26,992 bases of DNA, from positions 1 to 26,992 of the forward strand of contig NW_021834030.1 in assembly GCF_006345805.1 (NCBI RefSeq), read 5' to 3'. The translations under genes and the position numbers were made by a program. Shown in pieces: positions 9,726 through 18,459 of the stretch. Each line of letters opens with the position of its first letter. Within the stretch, counting starts at the first letter, position 1. Under the pieces are notes generated by a model. It worked only from the letters and a program-made list of their open reading frames with translations, was not told where the DNA came from and ran no database searches. The DNA is from Octopus sinensis (Eukaryota).

Positions 9726-9930
9726 AAGGCGGTGAGCTGACAGAATCGTTACCACGCCGGAAAAATGCTTAGCAGCATTTTGTCCATCTTTATGTTACGA
9801 GTTCAGAGTTTGTTTTGCTTTTCATCCTTTCGGGATGGAGGAAATAAATAACAGTTAAGCACTGGAGTCGTGTTACTGACTCGGCCTCCTCTCACAAAAT
9901 CTAAGGCTTTGTGTCTACAGTAGAAAAGAT
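9726..9930 (+). mobile_element. Degenerate monomeric SINE family A
   Basis: AAGGCGGTGAGCTGACAGAATCGTT head and tail Y. Confidence 0.7.
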
Positions 9931-10398
9931 TGTTGTTGTTGTTGTTGTAATTCTTATCCTAACAAGATAAATTACGTATCGCACCCACGTTTAAATTGCA
10001 TACATTTTGTTGAATTTCTTTCCAAAACTACGATACGTGTGGGTTTTTTTCTGTGTTGTGTGGCATAAAATCGTTGCAAAAAATTATAAGAAATTTTATT
10101 TTAATTTCTACGTCTCGTTCGAGCAAAAAAAAATTAAAGAATTAAAGAGAAGATATTTTCTTAGAAGCAGTTTTTGGTTTATCTAGAGACAACACTCCCA
10201 CGTTACGAAAGAAAATGTTTGACAAACACTCCAAACACACAAATAAGACAAGAAAATATTTGAAAATTAGTACTGTACTACAGAACATACATTTCGTAAC
10301 AAAATATAACGTAATAATACAGTTCTATATTTAAGAGATGAGGAATTATGTACATTATTTACAATTGACGGATATTTGTCGTCATCTTGTTTGTTGTT

Positions 10399-10444
10399 AA
10401 CATAACGTTTTGGCTGATATACCCTCCAGCCTTCATCAGGTGTC
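10399..10444 (-). ncRNA. Hammerhead motif with GAAA changed to AAAA (G12A), likely inactive
   Basis: GACAC-CTGATGA-AGGCTGG-AGGGTATA-TCAGCC-AAAA-CGTT-ATGTT. Confidence 0.5.
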
Positions 10445-10602
10445 TTGGGGGAAATTTCAAACCTGGGTTCTCATTCCTAAGGTATTTTTCGATGTTATTA
10501 TTATTATTATTATTGTTATTGTTCAGGTCACTGCTTGGAATCGAACTAGGAATCTTGGGGTTAGTAGCCCGCGCTCTTAACCCACGTTCGAAATTTCCCC
10601 AA

Positions 10603-10648
10603 GACACCTGAAGAAGGCTGGAGGGTGTATCAACCGAAACGTTGTGTT
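10603..10648 (+). ncRNA. Hammerhead motif, core intact (CUGAAGA and GAAA), one stem II mismatch
   Basis: GACAC-CTGAAGA-AGGCTGG-AGGGTGTA-TCAACC-GAAA-CGTT-GTGTT. Confidence 0.7.
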
Positions 10649-10749
10649 AACAGCAAACAAGATGAGGACAAATAACCGTCGAATGTAAACAATGTAAATA
10701 TTGTAAATAATGTATAACGCAATGATGTTTCTATAAGCATTCATGTAAA

Positions 10750-10956
10750 CTTGAAATTTTGGCCCAAGGCCAGCAACTTCGGGGGAGCGGTAAGTCGATG
10801 ACATTAACTGTTCAACTGGTAGGTATTTTTATTAAGTCCAGAAGGATGGAAGGCAAAATCGACCTCGGTAGAGTTTGAAGTGAGAACGTAAAGGTCAACG
10901 AAATGCCGCTAAGCATTCTGCCCGACGTGTTAACGATTCTGCCAGCTCGCCGTCTT
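10750..10956 (-). mobile_element. Degenerate monomeric SINE family A
   Basis: Head (GATTCTGCCAGCTCGCC on plus), body and tail Y. Confidence 0.7.
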
Positions 10957-11025
10957 GTTGGTGAACATTCAAATTAATCCCAATGATTTTGGCGACGCCT
11001 TTAACAATAACAACAACAGCAACAG

Positions 11026-11216
11026 TGGAGGCGCAATGGCCCAGTGGTTAGGACAGCGAACTCGCGGTCGTAAGAACGCGGTTTCGATTCCCAGACCGGG
11101 CATTGTGAGTGTTTATTGAGCAAAAAACACCTAAGCTCCACGAGGCACCGGCGGGGGATCGTGGTGAACCCCGCTGTACTCTTTCACCACAACTTTCTCT
11201 CACTCTTTCTTCCTAC
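11026..11216 (+). mobile_element. SINE family B, 5' half
   Basis: TGGAGGCGCAATGGCCCAGTGG..GGTTTCGATTCCCAGACC. Confidence 0.8.
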
Positions 11217-11504
11217 TTCTGCCACGAAGCAGAGGAACCATGGTGTAACCCACTATGGTGTGGTAAACTTTCAGACCCTAGTCTATATTGCGAATCCTCT
11301 GTACCCCATGATGGTTCAGCTCTTCACCCGTTAAAAGCCACCGTTTACGGAATGAGGATAGCAACGTAGCTTTCGCGCCCGCGCAACCACCAGTCTATCG
11401 CGTGTGGTGGGTGGATCTTCAAGTTGCCACACGCATTCTTAGTAGCTTAGAGTAGGCTCGAATTCGAGATTATTCTTTGTGGCTAACGGCGGGAGTACTG
11501 ATTG

Positions 11505-11548
11505 GAAGAAGAAGAAGAAGAAGAAGAAGAAGAAGAAGAAGAAGAAGA
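11505..11548. repeat. (GAA)n microsatellite
   Basis: Read directly. Confidence 0.95.
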
Positions 11549-11819
11549 CAATAGCAACATCAATACTTATACGCTTAAACATGTTTTGCTGCGCGATGAT
11601 AATTCTGAGCATTTTAATGGTAATAACTTGGCTGGAAGATCAACCTCGACTCATTTAAATGGGATTTGCAACAGGCAAACTTTGGAGTGGTGAGGATCAT
11701 TAAGATGACAGAAAGACGGCAAAGCAGCTCTGATTTTTCTTTCCTATCTTTTATTCAGAAAAGATGGGACTGTCCATCACCCATTACAGCAACTCCGAGA
11801 TGAGTGGGAAAGCGCGTGC

Positions 11820-11867
11820 GAGAGAGAAAGAGAGAAAAAGAGAGAGAGAGAAAGAAGGAAAGAGAGT

Positions 11868-11898
<31 letters not shown>

Positions 11899-11947
11899 TG
11901 AGAGAGAAAGAGAGAGAGAGAGAGAAAGAGGAGAGAGAGAGAGAGAG
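11820..11947. repeat. (GA)n-rich microsatellite
   Basis: Read directly. Confidence 0.9.
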
Positions 11948-12180
11948 CAGAAACCAGACTCGAATGAGTGCAACAGACTGGGTGAGATAGGCTCTGCACA
12001 AAACTACTCCACTCTGATTGTAGCCCGAAGATCGAAAACCAGAAACTCAGAGTAACTAACGAACCATGCAGTTTCAGCTTCTGATAAATCACTTTACTTG
12101 CCGTATTGAATCCTCTTATGTTGCTCTTGAAGTACGTACATACATACTTACATACATGCATACACACTCACATATATGCA

Positions 12181-12223
<43 letters not shown>

Positions 12224-12225
<2 letters not shown>

Positions 12226-12537
12226 GTGATCACGTGACCGACCAGACCATCAGATGTTGTTACACATCGCTGGTCACAATGCGTTCGCATTGTTTTTTTA
12301 GCCTTCGAATGACGCCACCGCCCAGCTGGCTAAGCGAGCAGGCCAACAGAAGAAAGAGTGGGAGAAAGTTGTGGTGAAAGAGTACAGCAGGATCACCACC
12401 ACCCCTGCCGGAGCCTCGTGGAGCTTTTTTTAGGTGTTTTCGCTCAATAAACACTCACAACGCCCGGTCTGGGAATCGAAACCGCGATCCTGCGCCCGCG
12501 AGTCCGCTGCCCTAACCACTAGGCCATTGCGCCTCCA
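12224..12537 (-). mobile_element. SINE with family B head and body and a different 3' tail (B')
   Basis: 12345-12537 matches family B; 12224-12344 does not match the B/C tail and ends at a (TA)n run. Confidence 0.7.
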
Positions 12538-12854
12538 CACACACACACACACACACACACACAATATATATATATATATATATATCATACGCACAAACAC
12601 ACACACACACAGACACACACACGTGCGTGTGTTGTGCGCTTCTCTCTCATTCTTAGTCTCTGCTTCGGTGTCTCTCTCTCGGTCTTCCATTCTTTAAGAC
12701 CTTTGGCTATATAAGCCCTAGATCAATACACGCATGTGGAACCTCGATATTTTTAATTTCCTCTCGGCTTTCTACATGGCTTAACATTCAGAATAGAAAT
12801 AATGAACAGTAACTTGAAAAGATACGGCATGAAGGGAGGGGATAAATCGCTAAA

Positions 12855-12888
12855 AATATATATATATATAATATATATATATATATAT

Positions 12889-12927
<39 letters not shown>

Positions 12928-12945
12928 TATATTTATATATATATT

Positions 12946-12999
<54 letters not shown>

Positions 13000-13164
13000 T
13001 TATATATATATATAATATATATATATATATACATATATTATATATATATATATATATTAATATATATAGATCTGTATATATATGTATCTCGTTATACATA
13101 TATATATATGTATAATATATATATATATAGGTATAATATATATATATGTATATATATATATGTA

Positions 13165-13197
<33 letters not shown>

Positions 13198-13345
13198 CAA
13201 TATGTAAGGTATGTATATATTTATGTATAAGTATGTACGAATGTACGTACACACACATATATATATATGTATACAAGTATCTATCTTTCTGTATGTATGA
13301 ATGTGTGTATGTATGTATATATGTATATGTATGTGTGTGCGTGTG
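12855..13345. repeat. Degenerate (TA)n/(TG)n/(TATG)n low-complexity block
   Basis: Read directly. Confidence 0.9.
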
Positions 13346-13502
13346 TGATGTGAAGAAACAAAAGACAGTGAGAATTGGTGGAGAAGAGAAGGAGGAGGTG
13401 GCGGTGATGTAACGAATGAGTGAACGAGAACGAACAAATGAAAAGCTGACCAAGAAAGGGCGAAAGACAATTGCAGGACTTATTTTAAGAAATGGGAAAC
13501 TA

Positions 13503-14000
13503 ATAGAAAGAAAGGAAGGAAGAAAGAAAGAAAGAAAGGAAAGAAAGAAAGAATGAAGGAAAGGAAAGAAAGAAAGAAGGAAAGCAAAGAAAGAAAAATG
13601 AAAGGAAAGAAAGAAGAAAACAAAGAAAGAAAAAAAAAGAAAAGAAAAGGATGGAAAGAAAGAAAAGAAAGAAGAAAGGAAAAAGAAAAGGAAGGAAAGA
13701 AAGAAGAAAAGAAAGAAAGAAAAAAGAAAAGAAAGAAGAAAAGACAGAAGAAAAAGAAAGAAAAGAAAAGGAAGGAAAGAAAGAAAAAAAGAAAAGGAAA
13801 AAGAAAAGGAAAGAAAGAAAGAAGAAAGAAGAAAGGAAAAAGAAAAGGAGGGAAAGAAAGAAAGGAAAAGAAAGGAAAGAAAGGAAAAAGAAAGAAAAAA
13901 GAAAGTAAGAAAACCGAAAGGTAGAAAGGGATTGGGCTGAAAGAAGGGACGGGATTGAAAAAAAAAGAGAAAAATGAACGGAAGACAGGAAAAGTAAAAG
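13503..14000. repeat. Polypurine (GAAA)n-derived tract
   Basis: About 500 bp almost entirely A/G on plus. Confidence 0.9.
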
Positions 14001-14124
14001 GGTTATGAAAGCAAATTTAGCGGAAGACAAAAAAAGATCGAATGAGTTGAAGGAGAAATGAAACAATGAGGAAACGAGGGGAATAAAAAGAAAGAAATTA
14101 AAAACGAAAGTTACATAGGTGGAT

Positions 14125-14340
14125 GGATTGGTAGAATTGGTAACGCATCGGTTAAATTGCCTTTTGGTTTTTGCTCAGGGTTCCATATATATATTCTGAG
14201 CTCAAATTTCGCCAGTGTCAGCTTCGCATGAGATCTTTCAAAAGTTTGATAAAATAAAATGGCGGTCAAGTACTGAGGTCAGCGATATCGACTTCCTCCT
14301 CTTTGCTCAAAATTTCTGTACTTGTGCCAAAACAAGAAAA
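14125..14340 (+). mobile_element. Highly degenerate SINE family A copy
   Basis: TTCTGAGCTCAAATTTCGCC B-box region, AGTACTGAGGTC and tail Y AAAATTTCTGTACTTGTGCC. Confidence 0.55.
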
Positions 14341-14550
14341 TTTTTTTGTTATTAATGTTATGCGGGCGGTGAAAGGCAGCGAACTGGCAGAATCGTTAAG
14401 ATGTCAGTTAACGGTTGCACTGCCAGCTCGCTGCCTTAATGTGCATATATCATACAGGGTGTTCAAAAAGTCTCTCCGCAGTAAATATTTCGATGACCGC
14501 CATTTTATTTTATCAAACTTTGAAAGACATCATGGCATAAGACTACAAAA

Positions 14551-14970
14551 GGCGGCGAGCTGGCAGAAACGTTAGCACGCCGGGCGAAATGCTTAGCGGT
14601 ATTTCGGCTGCCGCTACGTTCTGAGTTCAAATTCCGCCGAGGTCAACTTTGCCTTTCATCCTTTCGGGGGTCGATAAATTTAGTACCAGTTAAGCACTGG
14701 GGTCGATGTAATCGACTTAATACCTATGTCTGTCCTTGTTTGTCCCCTCTGTGTTTAGCCCCTTGTGGGTAATAAAGAAATAGGTATTTCGTCTGTCGCT
14801 ACGTTCTGAGTTCAAATTCCGCCGGGGTCAACATTCCCTTTAATCCTTTCGGGGGTCGATAAATTTAGTACCAGTTACGCACTGGGGTCGATGTAATCGA
14901 CTTAATCCGTTTGTCTGTCCTTGTTTGTCCTCTCTGTGTTTAGCCCCTTGTGGGCAGTAAAGAAATAGGT
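14551..14970 (+). mobile_element. Young dimeric SINE family A (185-bp units) nested in the Tc1 element, 14-bp TSD
   Basis: ATAAGACTACAAAA at 14537-14550 and 14971-14984; units start at 14599 and 14784. Confidence 0.92.
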
Positions 14971-15018
14971 ATAAGACTACAAAAGAATATATTAGACTTT
15001 ACAAGACTTTAAAAAACT

Positions 15019-15290
15019 TTATAAGAGGTGTTGAAGGCGTCGTCCTTCATTTCCAGTACATAAGTGGACTCTTCTACACATGTTTTGAAACACATCTTGG
15101 AGACTCTGACGCGGTATGATCTGTGCGAAGGTTATGATTGCATTTTTAGCTCATTAATGATTTTAGGGCTATACTTGTACACTGATCCTTTATTTTGTTC
15201 CCTAGAAAAAAAAAGTCTGGCGATGTTAAATCAGGCGATCTTAGTAGCCAAAGTCCCTTCGAAATAATCTGTTCACGAAAAACTCTTAAA
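15019..15290 (-). pseudogene. Tc1/mariner transposase C-terminal remnant (frameshifted)
   Basis: IISKGLWLLRSPDLTSPDFFF (WPPRSPDL motif), then VYKYSPKIINELK, then QDVFQNMCRRVHLCTGNEGRRLQHLL*. Confidence 0.8.
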
Positions 15291-15339
15291 GTAGCGCCAA
15301 AAATTCACTGCGGAGAGACTTTTGAACACCTTGAAGTAT

Positions 15340-15496
15340 GAATTCATTATTCTTTTACTTGTTTCAGTCATTTCACTGTGGCCATGCTGGAGCAAATGGA
15401 CCCCAGGACTTATTCTTTGTAAGCCTAGTACTTATTCTATCGGTCTCTTTTGCCGAACCGCTAAGTTACGGGGAGGTAAACACACCAGCATCGGTT
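15340..15496 (-). mobile_element. SINE family D 3' part, interrupted at 15496
   Basis: Matches 2485-2637. Confidence 0.75.
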
Positions 15497-15753
15497 TGGG
15501 GGAGGGGACTAGTTGATCCCATCGACCCCGAAAGGATGAAAGGCAAAGTCGACTTCGGCGGAATTTGATCTCAGAACGCAACGGCGGACGAAATACCACA
15601 AAGCATTTCGTCCGGCGTGCTAACGTTTCTGCCAGCTCGCCGCTTTGTTTGTTGCTTGTCGACTTTGCCTTTCACACTTTCGGGGTCGACGGGATCAACT
15701 AGTCCCCCTCCCCTCAAATCTCAGGTCTTGTTCCTTTAGTAGAAAGGATTATT
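15497..15753. mobile_element. Inverted pair of family A segments (minus 15497-15644, plus 15658-15753)
   Basis: Both carry the same internal deletion, giving GGGGTCGA(T/C)GGGATCAACTAGTCCCC. Confidence 0.75.
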
Positions 15754-15766
15754 TTGCTGGATATCA

Positions 15767-15980
15767 AAGGAGGCGAGCAGGCAGAATTGTTAGCATGCTG
15801 AGCGATAGGCTTAGCGGCATTTCGTGCGTCCTTACGTTCTGAGTTCAAATTTCGCCGGGGTCGACTTTGCCTTTCATTTTTTCGGGGTCGATAAAAGAAG
15901 TTCCAGTTGAACACTTGGGTAGTTGTAATCGACTTACCCCTTCCCCTTGTAAAATTGCTGGTCCTTTGCTAAAATTTGTA
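15767..15980 (+). mobile_element. Monomeric SINE family A (tail Y)
   Basis: Head, B box GAGTTCAAAT, body and tail. Confidence 0.75.
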
Positions 15981-15995
15981 ACTGTTGACTCAACC

Positions 15996-16507
15996 TTAGG
16001 TAGCTAATACCTTTCGTATATCGTTGCTGTGTTAAGCAAACATGTTTTTGATAGAGTCGAAAATAAATCTCTTTAGCCAACACCTTCGATCACTTTTACA
16101 AATTTCTTCCAACTTCTACAAAGACTCCTCCTTTCACAGCTGGAATAACAGCAACGTTACGGCAATCCCAGATTCTTTGAAGTTCGTTTTATAGGTCTTG
16201 ATATTTTTCTACTTTCTCACATTTTTTCTTCCACTCTTTTATCAAACGAGCAAACATCACAACATTGATTAAACAGCACACTCCTTCCTCTTCATTGAAT
16301 CCGACTCTATCTAAGCGTGAAGGTTCTATTTACAAATCCATCTAAGTTTTGATATCTCTTAGTATTTTTACATAGTCATTTTCGAGAATGTGCTCTCTTT
16401 TATGAACATACTATTTTCCCATAAATTCAAATCCATATTTTTTTTTAATAGATATGTAGCGACCTTGTTCTTTCTTCGCTTCTTATAGATTCTCTGAGCA
16501 AGCATTT
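15996..16507 (-). pseudogene. Decayed RLE-type non-LTR retrotransposon ORF (post-zinc-knuckle region and endonuclease)
   Basis: With stops and frameshifts: MLAQRIYKKRRKNKVA, KYGF, K*YVHKREHILENDYVKIL, EKVEKYQDL*NELQRIWDCRNVAVIP, RKVLAT*. Confidence 0.75.
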
Positions 16508-16597
16508 AACATTGAGAAACTACAAGCGCAATCGTGACTTCTTTTTTCATCACACATTCTACATTCAACCGAGATATCTTCCGAAGTTATGGATTAA

Positions 16598-16929
16598 CTC
16601 TCTCTCTCTCTCTATCTGCTCAGTCGAAGTCGACTCTCGGTCACTCGTTGGATCAGTGTCCTCCAGTCAGTTCTACCCTGGGCCGCTTCGTTCAGATTGG
16701 CTATGTCCATTCCGGAATCCCTCTTGATGGTGCCAAGCCAGCGGGTTCTTGGTCGGCCTCTTCCTCTCTTGCCACTGACCATTCCGAGCATGATGTCCTT
16801 CTCCAGGGATTTTCTCCGCATAATATGACCGAAATATGCCAATCTATGCTTGGTGATCCTAGCTTCTAGCGACATTTTCGGCTTATCTGCTTAAGAACTT
16901 CCCCATTGGTGAGCTTCGCTGTCCATGGA
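16598..16929 (-). mobile_element. 5'-truncated RTE-clade (BovB-like) LINE 3' end with (GA)n tail
   Basis: PWTAKLTNGEVLKQI, a frameshift, then MSLEARITKHRLAYFGHIMRRKSLEKDIMLGMVSGKRGRGRPRTRW (ORF 16612-16875). Confidence 0.85.
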
Positions 16930-16998
16930 TTAACTCAATCCACTAAAATTTCAGGCCTTGCGCTTATAGTTGAAAGGACTGCTATGTATACACATATG

Positions 16999-17096
16999 CG
17001 CAGGCGTGGCTGTATGGTAAGAAGCTTGCTTCCCAACCACATGGTTCCAGGTTCAGTCCCACTGCGTGGCATCTTGAACAAGTACCTTCTACTATA
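16999..17096 (+). mobile_element. SINE family D head
   Basis: GCAGGCGTGGCTGTATGGTAAG..CAGGTTCAGTCCCACTGCGTGGCA. Confidence 0.75.
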
Positions 17097-17099
17097 TCC

Positions 17100-17515
17100 T
17101 TGCATGTAAGTATATATGCATGTATGTATATATGTATGTATGCATGTATGTATGTGTTTGCATGCGTATGCATGCATGTATGTGTGTATGTATGTATTTG
17201 CATATATCTATGCATGTATATATGCATGTATGCACGTATGCAGGTATTTATATATGTATGTATGCATGCAAGCGTGTATGTATGTATGTATGTATGTATG
17301 TATGTATGTATGTGTTTGTATGTATGTATGTATTATGTATGTATGGATGTATGTATATATGTATGTATGTATGTATGCATGCGTGTATGTGTTTGTATGT
17401 ATGCATGCATGTATGTATGTATGTATGCATGTATGCATACATGCATGTATGTATGTATGCTTGCATGTATGTAATGTATGTATACATGTATGTATTTTTA
17501 CATGTATGTATATCA
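17100..17515. repeat. Degenerate (TATG)n/(CATG)n microsatellite
   Basis: Read directly. Confidence 0.9.
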
Positions 17516-17523
17516 TAATTCTG

Positions 17524-17949
17524 GTTTATTTCAAGGTTTCTTGCCAATAGAGAAAGAGCAGGTTTCTAACTTACATTCAAGGCTCCTTTATTGATATTTC
17601 AACAATATCAACAAGATATGTATGTATGTATGCATGTATATGTCCAGATTTGTATGTTTTGTTTTATGTATGTCTTCTCATGCATAATTCTAACATAACT
17701 AGACATGCTCATATATACTTAAATGATAAACTTCTTGAAAGTTTTACAGATATTTATAGTTCCAGTGATTGATTAGATCTGTAGCCTTCGAATCAGCTTT
17801 CTATTTTCTGGCTTTGAGAACACCAGTTTCTCAAGATTGGTATTTAGGGAGTGTGTTACATATCCCAGGGCCCTAATAATTACAGGTATATATCTGAACT
17901 TGTAATCTGGATAGAGAAACTGCAGATTTTTCAATAGTTCAGCATAGGT
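17524..17949 (-). mobile_element. 5'-truncated RLE-type non-LTR retrotransposon embedded in (TATG)n
   Basis: 17949 to 17719: TYAELLKNLQFLYPDYKFRYIPVIIRALGYVTHSLNTNLEKL..RRLQI*SITGTINICKTFKKFII*, followed by a 3' UTR. Confidence 0.75.
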
Positions 17950-18012
17950 GTGTATGTATGTATGTATGTATGTATGCATGTATGTATGTATGTATGTATG
18001 TATGTATGTATG

Positions 18013-18043
<31 letters not shown>

Positions 18044-18459
18044 GTATGTATGTATGTATGTATGCATGCATGTATGTATGTATGTATATATGAATGTATG
18101 TATGTATATATGTATGTATGTATGCATGTATGCATGTATGTATGTATGTATGCATGTATGTATGTATTAATGTATTTATGTATGTATGCATGTATGTATG
18201 TATGTTTGCATGCATGCATGTATATATGTAAGTATGTATGTATGTATGTATGCATGCATGTAGGTATATATGCATGCATGTATGTATGTATGTATGAATG
18301 TATTTATGTATGTATGCCTGCATGTTTGTATGTATGTATGCATGCATGCATGTATGTATGTATGCATGTATGTATGTATTATGTATGTATGTATGTAGGT
18401 ATGTATGTATGCATGTATGTAAGGATGTATGTATGTATGTATGCCTGTATGCCAGTATG
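17950..18459. repeat. (TATG)n microsatellite with CATG variants
   Basis: Read directly. Confidence 0.92.

Larger units (their letters stand above)
10320..10713 (-). mobile_element. SINE family E (10320-10582, head truncated) plus inverted copy of its 3' end (10579-10713)
   Basis: B box at 10537-10548 (minus), TAA run, two hammerhead motifs in opposite orientation. Confidence 0.85.
14455..15333 (-). mobile_element. Internally deleted Tc1/mariner DNA transposon
   Basis: TIRs CAGGGTGTTCAAAAAGTCTCTCCGCAGT (14455-14482, preceded by TA) and ACTGCGGAGAGACTTTTGAACACCTTG (15307-15333); transposase remnant inside. Confidence 0.85.

Noticed and set aside
12968-14066. Long YI/HT-rich, F/S/L-rich and K/E/R-rich ORFs (also 17100-19284 and 20698-22928)
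   Set aside because: They come from stop-poor simple repeats in overlapping frames on both strands.
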